A DNA stretch of 59,952 nucleotides, counting the filler, from Sphacelaria rigidula (Eukaryota), in assembly GCA_964200075.2 (NCBI GenBank). It is 9 parts of 9 records of this genome, joined end to end, with 100 filler letters (N's around TTAATTAATTAA, not from the genome) between each part and the next. Parts side by side here need not be neighbours in the genome. Positions count along the whole stretch, not along the records: positions 1 to 6,573 come from CAXNAA020019281.1; positions 6,674 to 13,246 come from CAXNAA020019282.1; 7 more parts are not named here. One strand, 5' to 3'. Every line of letters begins with the position of its first letter. Position 1 is the first letter of the stretch. The position numbers and the translations under genes are program-made. Positions 1 to 11,812 of this stretch are shown piece by piece. The notes beneath the pieces were generated by a model. That model was not told the DNA's origin, ran no database searches, and was given only the letters and a program-made list of their open reading frames with translations.

Positions 1-474
1 TTTAAGATTTTTGGGTGTTGAAAAGGTGCGGGAAGAGAAAGGAGGGGGAGGGACGGGAGGTGTGAGCGCACAAGGAAAACGTCGGCAGCATACAATGAGG
101 GAGTAATTAGGGAGATTCCGCGCACATTTGTGTACTTCAACGCACATAATATGCGAAAGCTCACGCCGTTTTTCGAGTTAGACCCCGAAATTTCGCACAC
201 TGATGCCCTGGAATATTTAGAAGGGCTATATGGATGGGGTCTTGCGATTTTGTTCTCGCCATAGATCTGGCGTCCCAGGAGGCGGTGTCAGACAGGCTGT
301 ATAAAAGGCGTCGGTTATTATTATTATTATTTCCGTCGGAAGTCTGTCGAAAAATACGAGCTGGGCCAGCTGACAATGATTTGCGAATGTATCCGGGCCG
401 CGCGGTGGGTAATCCGAAGCGTTGGGCGCTGAAATTTTGACACAACATTTTTGTCATCACTACGCACAACCTTC

Positions 475-1069
475 CAGGGGATGCCAAGGAAAAACAAACA
501 TCCAGAAATTTGGAGTGATTGAAAGTTTCTGCAAAAACTAGAAAAATGCTATAAGGCTCCTTCTTATGTATAAAAAAACAAAGGTTGTTGAAAAGTGCAT
601 TTTTGACCCTTCTCCGTCGTTTTTCCCTCGTGAAGAGAGCGAGGCGGCTATTGACACCTTGGAATGACTTGCTCTACTCGCTGAGACGGTTCCAGAGCAC
701 ACATGCATGTCCCGTAGGTCACGGTTTCGTTTTTGGCCAAACTTGCATTTTGAATAACAAGCGGTCAAGTTACCGAAAAAATGTAATTTTGTAATTTCCC
801 TCCTGTTTTTGGATAACTTGACGGTTTGTTATTGAAAATGCAAGTTAGGCCAAAAACGAAACCGTGACCTACGGGATATGCATGTGTGCTCTGGAACCGT
901 CTCAGCGAGTAGAGCAAATCATTCCAAGGTGCTAATAGCCGCCTCGCTCTCTTCACGGGGGAAAAACGACGGAGAAGGGTCAAAAATGCACTTTTCAACA
1001 ACTTGTATTTTCTGATACATAAGAAGTAGCCCAACTCCGTGAAAATAAAGAAATACGGGGGCATCCCTA
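475..1069. mobile_element. Foldback/MITE-like palindromic element with hAT-like termini
   Basis: Arms ~555-780 and ~806-1030 are reverse complements; ORFs 585+ and 765- encode near-identical peptides. Termini read CAGGGGATGCC...GGCATCCCTA. No target duplication seen. A related single arm lies at ~26310-26425. Confidence 0.7.
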
Positions 1070-2762
1070 GTGTACTGCAGTTGTGCGTCCTCGTGTGGAG
1101 GAGATCCTGGTATAGTGTCGGCCAAAATATCCAGAAATTTGGCGCAGCATCCAACTTTTCGTGTGGCACGGCTGCGCTCCTTCAATCCAAGTGATGCAAT
1201 TAACTCCAGTTATTGAGGTCGCGAGTTCGAATCCCGACGGATTCTTTTTTGTTTTGTTCCGTCGCTTAGGTGATACATTATGCAGTACAGTGTTCATTTT
1301 TGTTCTTTTCATTCGGCGGTCCCGTGCATCACCACGTTGGTCTGCAGGCCACACTGATATACTCAAGTAGGTCTGATTTGGTAAACTTGATAATTCATTG
1401 TGTGACATGCAAACGCGGGACTTACTGCTGGTCCAGCTCGTACAAAGTCGAAAGACACCATTAATGCAGCCTTTTCATATATCTCAAAGCACCCGTGTGC
1501 AAAATTTCAGGGTCGAACTCGAAAAAATGGCGTAAGCTTTCGCTTGGGACTAAATCCCGGTCGTTCACCCTGACATAGTCTGTAGGTGATGACGATTTTG
1601 AGCTGTGAAACGACCCCCCCCCCCCAGCAGCAGCAGCAGCAGCAGCAAATAAATGTACTCGCGATCATTCTGTTTCTTGTGTCGCGTTTTCGCCACCTAT
1701 CCATTTTGAAACCACATGCCGCTCCCCTCTTCCTACACGAACGAGGGACGGCCTATTTTGTGCACAGAGAGCATTGTCGGCTCCTTCATTTACCGGTCCT
1801 TCACACAAATACCATGCCGTCCTGCACTGCAAGGGTGTGTTGCATCTGTCTGGTGAGTTTGTTTGCTCTTCAGTTTTCGTTCCCTTCGTTCAAGGGGCGT
1901 ATGACGGACGTATCGTGGGCAAGAAGCACCTTGACCGATTGATGGCCATTGCCACAAAAGTACACCTCTTCGTTTAATTGACAGTGCATAATCCAGCGAC
2001 GTATGGACTGCACGTAAGGTGAGCGTGCCGTCGATATGTCTGTGTATGCTCCGCACTTATGAACCGTGCCTGAGTCCATCGTATGGAGCTTGCCGTCCAC
2101 TGCGCCCGGAATGCTTAACCACGCACGATGAATACAAGATCGATCGACGTCCTCGACGTCCTCGACGTCTGCGTCCATGGCTTCCACAACTGTAGGTCCT
2201 TGAGAATAGATAGCCATCTATTGTTTGTCGTGGTCGTGTAAGTTGATAGTGCAACGCCCGGTCAATGTTGCGCGTGTGTACTCAAGGATCAACAGGTGGG
2301 TGTGGGCCCTCATCCGCAGACGAACCCCATATAACATGTACTCTTGTTGTATCTCCCGCTTTTCTGGATCCTACACAACGCTGTTGAGCAACGGAAACGC
2401 TGACAAACTTCAGATTTTATCGCTCGTCATCCGACTCCGCGTATGCTCCAAAAAAATACAGAGCAAAAACGAAAACACCACCATGGCAACGCGCCACCAC
2501 CGTCCCCCATCTTCCCCATCACCCCATTTTTACACACTCAAAAGGCCTGTTTACTCCGTCCACCGGCCGACCTCGATGAATGCCTCGACAAACATCCTCA
2601 CTACAGTAGAGATGTACCGGGACGAGTAGGCTAACGGACTTCGAGAGCAATGCTGGAAAAAGGGGTTCCGGACGATAAAACGTCGAGAACCCACAATACA
2701 ACATTTCTGCGTCCCCACAGCACAGGGCAGTACAGCGCCATCAATGTACACCGTGGCTCCTC

Positions 2763-2813
2763 TCACCGGCCCGGCGGTACAGCGTTGGACTCATCTTCGA
2801 AGTATAATTGAAG
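2763..2813 (-). CDS. SF3A2: SF3A2 terminal coding exon
   Basis: After a TAG acceptor it reads LQLYFEDESNAVPPGR-TGA, completing the conserved F-x-LQ-x-x-F end of the SF3A2 beta-sandwich domain. Confidence 0.8.
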   Translation of the reverse strand, partial: LQLYFEDESNAVPPGR

Positions 2814-3586
2814 CTATTCAGAACAAAAAGCGAGCAAATCACGTATGTCACGTGGAGTAACAGCAGCCGGGATGGGGGGGGGGGGGGGGGGGGGATGAAG
2901 TTGTGCCACAACTTGCAGTGCAGGCAGGGTTGAGCAAACTGTGGACATCGGTGTAGCTGCAGATAGTACGCTGTACACCCGGCAAGGGTCACAGAGAGGG
3001 AAGATACATGCTGGTTTTGGAGTGGTTTTTGACACAACTGTGTGAAGCAAAATATCGCTGTGAATAGAAGGAGAAGCCGACGACGGCGAGGTCGTCAGTG
3101 AGTGAAGTAATAACTACAAACGTTTGTAAACAAGAGAGAGGCACAGCTAAGGCAACGTCTTCTTTTTCCGTCAGCATTGAGACTGCTCAAGAATTGCAGT
3201 AGAACTGTGATCTCTCCAGTTGTACAAATCATGTACACTGGTCAAGATAACCTGAACTGACGCGCGGACGCTCTCTCCCCATCAATGAGTGCATTTGGTA
3301 CATTAAAAAGTAGCGAAAAACGATCGCTGTACTGAGGGATACATGGTGCCTACAGTCGGTGAAACAGGACAGGGATAAGATGTGTAAGGTTTTCGCGTCG
3401 TGTGTGGTGAACGTTATGAGCGCCCAAATGTTGGGGGGGTGTCCATCAGGAGTAGGAACGGTGCCCCGTTTCGAGAGGGATGCGTGGTCGATGGCCAGGT
3501 GACTTGGCCAAGCATAAACTGAGTACGCCCCCCGCACCAACGAGTGCATTGAACGTCACAACGTTGTGTGCGACGGTGGCTCTTAC

Positions 3587-3706
3587 CGTGAACTTCTTCG
3601 TTTCCTTGTCCCAGTTGGTGAAGAACCGGCCTTCCTGTTTGTCGATCTTCAGATTCGGCACTTTGAATCCGATCGTCTCGTACGGATCACACGCGAACAG
3701 CAAGTA
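3587..3706 (-). CDS. SF3A2: SF3A2 internal exon
   Basis: YLLFACDPYETIGFKVPNLKIDKQEGRFFTNWDKETKKFT (40 codons), CAG acceptor, GTAAGA donor. Confidence 0.93.
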
Positions 3707-4289
3707 CTGTTACCATGAACCAAAACACGCGTGAGCGGAGAAGGTGTAGGGGGAAAAGGAGGAGGGGGAAATTAGCGGGGGAAAAAGAGGTTACCCTGTC
3801 CTGTATTTTGTACTTATGAACAGATGAGTGAGGGCTTTCCGCGAAAAACGAAACCAGCGATGGGATATATAACACTTGCAACAAGAAGTGTTTGACACAC
3901 CTTAGGCGGGGACCCTCGGGATACTTCGTACATGCTGCAGTCTAGCCTAGATCATCGCATTCATGGGGGCGAACCTTTCCGATCCTCACAATAATGCGAC
4001 ACGCATACAAGCAGGAGGAGCGAGTGAATTTCGAACCGGCAACGTTGCAGCAGGATTTCCGGAAGCAGAGTGCGTCACATCTCATCCTGTACCGCGGTAG
4101 CTTCCACTACACGAGAAGTACACCACTGCGGCGCGGCAGGCACATTCAGGAACAGTATCCTTCACTATCGATCTCTGTAAAAAGTACATAAGGGAAGTGG
4201 AGGGGGGGTCGTTGTCTACCGCAGTCGTTGCGTGGCTGTTGCCGCACTGTAGCTTTTTTGCTATTCGCTCTTGCATTTGTTGTCTTCAC

Positions 4290-4491
4290 CTGATACCCCT
4301 TGTCCGGTGCCTCGACCTTTTGCTCGTACGCGGACATGAATCGGTGCCGCGGCTGCGCTCCGTCCTCGGCTTCTGGGTAGTCCACCTCAAACAGTAGACT
4401 GCGCTGGTTGGTGGTAAGATCTCGCGCCTTGGTCACTTTGTACCCGGGCCGCCCAATCTTGATCACGTTCCGAGTCTGAACTGTAATCGCT
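4290..4491 (-). CDS. SF3A2: SF3A2 internal exon
   Basis: IKIGRPGYKVTKARD...SLLFEVDYPE...PRHRFMSAYEQKVEAPDKGYQ. CAG acceptor and GTGAAG donor; phase agrees with the preceding phase-2 intron (202 nt = 1 + 67 codons). Confidence 0.95.
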
Positions 4492-4973
4492 CTGCTTGAT
4501 ATAGAGAGGGAAATCCCGATAGTGTCAGGAAGATCAAATGCGGATGTCATCGCTACTTTTTCCCACCGACAACGTTTCGCGGAGATTTCACTGTCCGCGG
4601 TTCCCACGATGATTACATGGCTCTCCAACTGTTGAGAGGTGTTGATTGGCCAACAGTTCCGTTTGCCTTGCTTTCTTGGATTGGGTCATTGGACAGTTGG
4701 GAGAGCAAAAGCAAAACCAGCGAATATTCCCGGTTCGCTGCAGCAGCGATGGTCCGCATTTTAGCGAGACACGGCATGAGAGAGGCACAGAAGTACTTCC
4801 GAAAATATTATCGCGATGAACTCGTCCAAAAACCATGCTTTCGTCAGCCATGACCTCGATCGCTTGATAAAACGAGCACTTCGATGGTGACGGTGGCGTT
4901 GGTGGCAAGGCGAAGCGAGGAGAGGAGGGCAGGGTGGGAAGGCTTCGAATTCACGAGTCATGACGAAACTTAC

Positions 4974-5271
4974 GGTTGGGGCTTGACCAGGGCATTCTTG
5001 GCTTCCATCGCCGCGCGCCGCGCCAGGTTCTGCTGGTGCCTCTTTCCCTGCGTGTGTGCAAGGTAGTTTCCCTCGTTGTTGTGCAGCGTGAGGCACAGCT
5101 TGCACTCGTACTTGCCCAGGTGATTTCTCATGAAGTAAGGGTCCTTGTTGAGGTCTACTGTCTCCTGCGCTAGCTTGCGTAGCCGCTCACGCCTATCTAT
5201 CGCCGCTTGCCCCTCCGACATCACTCCACCCCCGCCAAACTTCGAGCCCTCGCGGTGCTGGAAGTCGATAC
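4974..5271 (-). CDS. SF3A2: Splicing factor 3A subunit 2 (SF3a66/Prp11), first recognisable exon with the U1-type zinc finger; the true start codon lies in an unlocated upstream exon
   Basis: Translation IDFQHREGSKFGGGGV...DRRERLRKLAQETVDLNKDPYFMRNHLGKYECKLCLTLHNNEGNYLAHTQGKRHQQNLARRAA matches the SF3A2 N-terminus. Acceptor AG at 5273-5272, donor GTAAGT at 4973. Confidence 0.95.
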
Positions 5272-5791
5272 CTATTTTTTGTTTTGTTTTCAAGCAGAAG
5301 GAGAAGGAACCACAGCGGGTGCACGCGAGACCGGCGAGCATCAGCGCGCGGAACACATTCGCATGTTCTTTGAGAAGACACTTACATGAGTACTACATCG
5401 ACGAGTAGCTCGATCATGAACTTTTTGTGTCACATTTCAAGTACCGCACGGTACGTACAGTGTGCGTAGGAGTCCACGATTTTTGAGTGATGCAACGACA
5501 AAATTATCGACCATGAAAAAAAGGGACAGTTCAATAGTTCAAACACACCCTTCACTGTGGAAGGACACGTGGTAGGGTGCTGTTAACTTTTCACCGCCCG
5601 AGCGAACGTGCGCTTGAAGATGCGGCTCGTCACGTACTGTGGGGCTGCCGAACAAGAAAAATGGTCATAGAGAAGATGCCGCCTAACTGGTTTTGCCCGG
5701 TTTTACTTATTTGGGGTTCAGATGAATGATTAAAAGATACGAAGGGCAGCAAGAAGCTGAGATGGACGTCCAAAGCTATTAACACGTCGTC

Positions 5792-6034
5792 GAATCGTGC
5801 TACGGTCGGGGTGCACTTTTCTGGGTCAACTCTTGTCTAAGGTATAGTATTTTCATGTTTTGACACAAAACCATGATTTTTTAAACAACTTGAGACGTTT
5901 GCCTGCGAGGGGATCGCCTCACGTTCAGACGCGTCTTTTCCCTATCTGCACTAGTGCTAGTGCGCGAGAGTCCATATCTAGCTCCCGTACGCCCGCCCAG
6001 AAATGGTTTGTGCATCCCTACCGTGGCACGACTC
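5792..6034. mobile_element. 243-bp MITE with ~25-bp TIRs and 4-bp TSD (Sola-like)
   Basis: Left end GAATCGTGCTACGGTCGGGGTGCAC; right end reverse-complemented GAGTCGTGCCACGGTAGGGATGCAC; CGTC on both flanks. Confidence 0.8.
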
Positions 6035-6573
6035 CGTCACGAGATACACGGGGCGCGACATGAAGCTCGTAAGCCCGGAGCGTAGCTCTCAATCAGCTGG
6101 TTGATCGTGTGCTTGGTTTCGTTTCAATTGACCGTGGGCTGAGGCAGCGTTATTCATTTTTGGACAACTAGAGTCAAGTCAAAACTAAAGGTTTGGTGAA
6201 GAAAAACCAGAGCAACAAGCTTTGAGATACCACGCACACAACTCATGCTTGCCCGATATCGCACCAACGCCCAAGCTGAAGCACACTGACTTATATTGCC
6301 GTAAACTGTGGCTACCTTTGAAAATGCCAGGCGTCTGGCGTGAGCACCAAGAGAAGGTGAGGCATGCCTTGAAATCTTCAGCACACGCTTCCCGCGGTTG
6401 CTCACGGCAACTGTGTGACCAAACACGGACTTCCTCTGATCGGCACAATATGGTTTGCGAGACGGGTGGTATATCTCCTTGTTATGGCAGTATACCCGCG
6501 CCGGACGGCCACGGCCGCCAGGTTACGACTGGCGTGATCCTAGCAAAAGCGACAACCCAAACGCGTCCCATGA

Positions 6574-6673
6574 NNNNNNNNNNNNNNNNNNNNNNNNNNN
6601 NNNNNNNNNNNNNNNNNTTAATTAATTAANNNNNNNNNNNNNNNNNNNNNNNNNNNNNNNNNNNNNNNNNNNN
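6574..6673. other. Artificial contig spacer (also 13247-13346, 19920-20019, 26593-26692, 33265-33364, 39937-40036, 46609-46708, 53281-53380)
   Basis: Identical N44-TTAATTAATTAA-N44 blocks (stops in all six frames) separate pieces of 6572-6573 nt. Confidence 0.99.
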
Positions 6674-8473
6674 CTGTTTGTACTTTTTCCAGGTGAATAT
6701 TGATGCCGATTCAGCAGGTGACCTACTCTCGGGGTCTGCCGCGGAGTTTGGGGGGCGTACTCGCGGAGTTTGGGGGGGGAAGATACTTCCTCTCTGTGTT
6801 ACTCTTTTGTATCTTCCCTGCAAGGGAGGGATGGGACTTCAACCTCATATTTTGTTTCAACCCCAAAAATTAGGATCGGCTGTTGTTACTAGTGCCGTAC
6901 ACATTTTTACCGTAAGAGGAGGCCTGAAACGTCCCAGGTGTCATATTTTCGTAGTCATAATCGATTTCTGGTGAAGAATGAGTGACTAGGGGGCACCACT
7001 CAACGTGCGTGATAGAGCACCTGAATCATAACCGATAAGCACCAAATTTTGGGAGATTACTACCAAAACGTATTTCAATAAAGTGAGAAAAAGAAAAACA
7101 TGAGTAGTTTTTGTCGAGTACGGCGTCGCCAAACACCGACTTAATGGCGAAATTTGTTCCGAAATACAGGGGATAGGCGATTTTCATCCCCGGATCAATT
7201 TGTTTTTCCTTTTTTTTTTCAAAAACGGGTCGAACTAATATCATAAACATTTGCACCAAAGGAGAAGGTGTGAGACGTCTAAGGTCGCGAGAAATCAACT
7301 GCTGCGTAAAGTGTACCGTAATTGAAACAGAGGGTGTTTTGACCGCATTTTTACGTCAATAGAGCAATACTCCACATTTGTCTAATCCTGCAACGTGGTT
7401 TCATTAGTTTTCAATTTTAAAAAGCTTGGGTGATAGAGGACTAAATTGTCTTTCTCCGGATACTCTGGTCATTTTTTTACGTGTCATGGTTCTCACGAAC
7501 CAGAGTTTTTCCCGTCAGGTGCCTTAAGCGCACCTTAATTGGTACATTTACCTCTGTTTTGGAGAGCGTGTCTGTCAGCCCGAACGTCAGTAACTTGCGC
7601 CCTAATCCCCACCTGGTGCCACAGTTAGCTTCCTTGTTCCATCCTCCGCTCCTGATGATGGGGAGTCTCTGCTGCTGCATGCTACAGATGAATAGTTTTC
7701 GAATTGATAACCGCTTTGAACGACGGGTCTCAATGTCATCTAAGCCTCTCAGCTCCTCAATGTGAGGGGTCATATTTTTACAACTACTCTCAACATGTTT
7801 ATAACTATCCACATTTTTGAAGGGAAGACAACCCAAATACCGCAATCCACGCCACCGGCGGCGCTCCCGCGAGGCCCCCTCACCAGTCGGGGGGGGGACA
7901 TTCCAAGGTGTCAAACTCCGCCTATCTCTCCTTTGGGGCGTGAAACGACGTGGAAGAATCAAAAAGGCTATTTTCCAGATTTTTGTTCATCTCTGTTTTG
8001 GAGAGCGGCCCAAGTATTGAATTTTACCTTCGAATGGGCAGTTTCAAATCCAGGGAGGTAAAATTCGGAACAGTACTTCGAAGGCCACTTACAGGCCCAC
8101 GTTTGGTGTTTGCGGGACCTCGGTAGGGCATAATGTACCAAAAAAGTGGGTCAGTTTTTTTTTGTTCCCCCCACTGGTTGAGGGCGTTCCAGTATACTAA
8201 CGAGCACTTCTTCACGACAACGCCCGAACCACTCCCAAAAACAAAATTGGAGGCCCATTACTTTAGGCATACATTACCCGCGTGTGCTGCGAGCCTTGAC
8301 TGGCTTGTACCCTTCTCTCCTCACGGAGAGTCTGCTGCTTCATACCGGATTACACATGAAAGACCTTAAAATCGCTCACCGCTTTGAATGGGATTCGGTT
8401 GTCATGAGTGCCTATTTGGAATCCTGGTGTTTTTCGGGAGGGGAAGGGGGTAACTAAATCCTGTACATGATAA

Positions 8474-8597
8474 AATAATAATAATGATGATAATAATGAT
8501 AATTCTGATAATAATAGTGATAATAATAATGATGATCATAATGATCATAATAATGATGAAAATAATAATATTGATAATATTAATATTAATAATAAAT
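8474..8597. repeat. Degenerate (ATA/ATG)n microsatellite
   Basis: aataataataatgatgataataatgat...; it explains the poly-Ile ORF 8402-8728. Confidence 0.9.
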
Positions 8598-9384
8598 ACT
8601 CCGTAGAAGAGAAAAAAATACCGTGTTGGTAAAGCTTCAATTCTTCGCACACCTGCGGAGCGCAAGGTCAAGGTATTTTCATGGGTTTCGGCAATACGTT
8701 GCACATCACAATTCCACGACAAGATCAATACCAGACAAAAACCACAATGTTCTGCAAAGCTCGTTCAATCAAGCTGAACGCACCTATCTGCACCGCCACT
8801 TTGCGTCTAATGTACGTCGCATCTTGTGGTGCCAGAAAGGGCCAACAATCATGGACGCTACCTCACCCAAGTCGCCTCAAAATGACGATTTTTCGGCTGT
8901 ATCTAAATGTGAACAAAAAAAATCCCACTACCGCCGGAGGGGGGGGGGGGCACTTCTGTGTCATCCAAGACTTTCAGCTCCTCAATGTGAAGGGTCACAT
9001 TCTCCCAAATTTCAACATCTTGAAGGAAACACAAGCCGAATAACGCAATTTTTATCGCCTCCGGCGGCGCTCCCTCGGGGCCCCCTGACCAGCCGGGCGG
9101 GGCAGCCGCGAGCCGTCGATGTTTCTCCACTTAATCGTCGAGGCCGTGGTTTCGCGTCACATCTTCCCTGTGGCGACCGAGCAGTAACTCTCGCCGCATT
9201 ACTCCCTGCTTTGCTCTCATCTTCGTGGGATCAGGGAGCGGTCTGCAACACTAACGCCACCACCTGTGCCGAAGGTATACGTACTTAAACGAAGTTGTAA
9301 ACACTGAACGCTAAACACGAATAAGCGTAAAATGCTATCACACGCACAGGAAGTGCGAATAGTAGTCGCGAGGTTGCTACAGCC

Positions 9385-9705
9385 ATGCACCACCATATCC
9401 CATGTGGCGCTTCAGCAGGGGTCACACAGGAAGGCCAACACGGAAGTTCTTCCTTCACTTTGTTTTAGTACTCCACCTTCCTTGTGCGGTGCTTGCCAAA
9501 AATATTATCGCGAGGGCGGTTCAGCCCTCCCTTTCCCTCGTCGACCGTGAAGTCGAATGTTGTGTACCCACGACATTGTAGCTCTCCACTGTTGGGCCTT
9601 GTGTGAGGAAAAAAAGACAGATCTTGTGACGGCACCGAGCTTGGAACCGACGACCCAACCGTCAGAAGGTTTCGAGGTTACCAACTCAGCCTTCGGGGAG
9701 ACCGG
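9385..9705 (-). mobile_element. tRNA-derived SINE, family A
   Basis: Head on the minus strand GGCTGAGTTGGTAACCTCGAAACCTTCTGACGGTTGGGTCGTCGGTTCCAAG (A/B-box-like). The body aligns with copies at 16782-17126, 45283-45574 and 45575-45970. Confidence 0.8.
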
Positions 9706-11508
9706 GATCTCTTGCTGCGTTGATTTGCATTTTGCAACAACACAAACTGATGTTGGACAAGAGGCCACTGGAATTTCATCCTTGAAAAAACACCGTTACT
9801 TCTCTCTACTCTACACAGTCGCTGTACCCGGTAGACGACCGGCCAAAGACTTCTGACTCCCTGACGTGAGAAAACATTTCCAACTCCAGTGACTTAACAG
9901 GACTTTCGCCTAGACACGAAAGGTGGTGCAGGACGAGAGGATCATGGAAGATACACAGGACAAAAACAAAAGGTTTAGTTGAGGCCTCGCGTCCCTTCAC
10001 GCCTAAAATCCCGAAGAATACGCGCCCATACAAACATTCAACATAGAACCGCACATTAAAACGAGCACGAACAACCGTAAAATGCGTAAGGCAAGAAGCA
10101 TGAAACATTTACACTGGTGAAGATACATGACCGCTTGAATTCAACGAGTTCGATCCACGGAGTCCGGCACTCGGCTCCACTCCATTGACCATGCACTCCG
10201 TAGACCAGCTGGACGGTCGTTCCCGACGGGGGTATTTACCACGCACCACGAGGTGGAGTCCCCATCTATGAGGAAGTCAAGCAGCGAGTAATGCCAACCG
10301 ACGATGAGACTCGAATCCGCTGCAGTGTGGAGAATGCGCTTCACTCCAAGGTTTTTCCGCACCTAGATATGTTCTGAGAGAACCGATGGCGACAACAATA
10401 TTTCAAAACCCATCAACCCGACAGCCTTTTGCTTCAGTCTTGGTGTGGGGTGTGTGTGTCGTTCAATGACACCATCAGGTTTAGAAAATCACAGCGCGCA
10501 TTGCCAGGGATAGATCACCATATGACCATCTCCATGCTGCGTCAACTGTCCTCCCTCGACGCGCCCTTTGCACAACAATCTACACATCAGACCAGCCGAA
10601 CTGTACAGGGGCAGGATAATACAAAGGTCACGGATACATGCGAAAGGCAAGAAACCGGTGCAGAGAGGAGGGGGCGTTTCTGGTCCCTCCCTAGGGATCT
10701 TCCTCGTCAGTCGCGAACTGGATGTCTCCAAACAGCTTTCCGCCGTTCTCCACTTGGATGCCGCGGTACCGGATCGTCTGCCGAAAAACAAAAACGCAGG
10801 GTACGGGATAGCAAGTCGAGAATACAGTTGTAGGAGGGTCACGAATTCGAACACGTTTTCTGCATTATGCACTCGAGACTATTCACAAGCGTTGGAGTTC
10901 TATTCCCTGGGTGGAGCTTTCTGTTTGGCCTCGCGCGTTCAGTGGAAATATTGGGAACTACCTACAGTCCCTCGAACTGGTCGCCTGCGGCACCGTAACC
11001 CATGAGGTGAGCAGCATTTATTTTCGATTTGTAACGCGTCTAGGTTAATTTTTCTAGGACCGATATACATACATACATGAATGTTTTTTTTCAATTCATC
11101 TCATTTTTTGGCACTTAGCCCGTGACTACGAAAGGCGTCCGCATTACATGCCCAGTACGGAGATACCGGAACGGTTTCCAATGGGGGTCAACGACAATGG
11201 AGCGCACGAGCAAGGGGCTAGAATATCCTGGACGGGTATCTCACATTGGGGCCATGCACAGACTGGGTCCACTACTTAGACTTGAGAAAGTCCTGCGGCG
11301 ACTTCTCACTCGAGGTGCGAGAGTGTAACTGAGAATCCGTGGAGGTGTTAATCGAGCATTCAAGCACTTTGGCCGCCAGGGTGGGCAACCTGTAGAATGG
11401 GCATCATATGCACTTAAAAAAATGAAGGCGAAGTATGTCGATCCAACAGATCGCCCACCCCAGCGGTGAAAAGGTTCCAACGCGATAACCACCTGTAGCG
11501 ATATCATC

Positions 11509-11812
11509 CACACGTCGGACGAGCACGAGTGTGACTCGTGACACTCGCACTCATTGAGTTGCTCGTTGGCCGTGAAAATTAATAGGGCGAGCTGGGGCCA
11601 GCACTCGAGTCATTGCTCGTTGTGGAAAAAATAATAGGGCGAGCACTCGAGTCGTTGCTCGTGATGGAAAAAAAAAATATAGGGCGAGCATTCGAGTCAT
11701 TGCTCGTTGTAAAAAAAGCCATGACTCGAGCACACGAATAATGCTCGTTGTGTTTTCAAAAAGAATCCACGAGTGCCCTCGTTTCGATGAGTAATGACTC
11801 GTCCGATGTGTG
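11509..11812. mobile_element. 304-bp MITE with an internal ~42-bp tandem array and degenerate 8-bp TSD (hAT-like)
   Basis: TIRs CACACGTCGGACGAG / CTCGTCCGATGTGTG; flanks ATATCATC and ATACCATT; internal units GAGCACTCGAGTCATTGCTCGTTG...AATAGGGC. Confidence 0.75.

Noticed and set aside
1190..1250. tRNA gene (GAGTTCGAATCCC B-box)
   Set aside because: No cloverleaf can be formed. At most it is a degraded SINE head. SINE A and B heads are likewise not called tRNAs.
5386..5417. ATG...AT|GTAAGT as the first SF3A2 exon (minus strand)
   Set aside because: The donor would be phase 2 but the acceptor at 5271 needs phase 1, so the start codon is left unassigned.
6574..6673. Regularly spaced TTAATTAATTAA motif every ~6.67 kb
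   Set aside because: It is an artificial linker between length-sorted contigs. Proximity across spacers (for example SF3A2 near XRN2) has no biological meaning.
6678..6974. LINE-like LYLPCKGGMGL motif
   Set aside because: It is an isolated short match with no other RT sequence nearby.
8402..8728. Poly-Ile membrane-like ORF (similarly poly-Leu ORF 57452-57982)
   Set aside because: These are translations of microsatellites.
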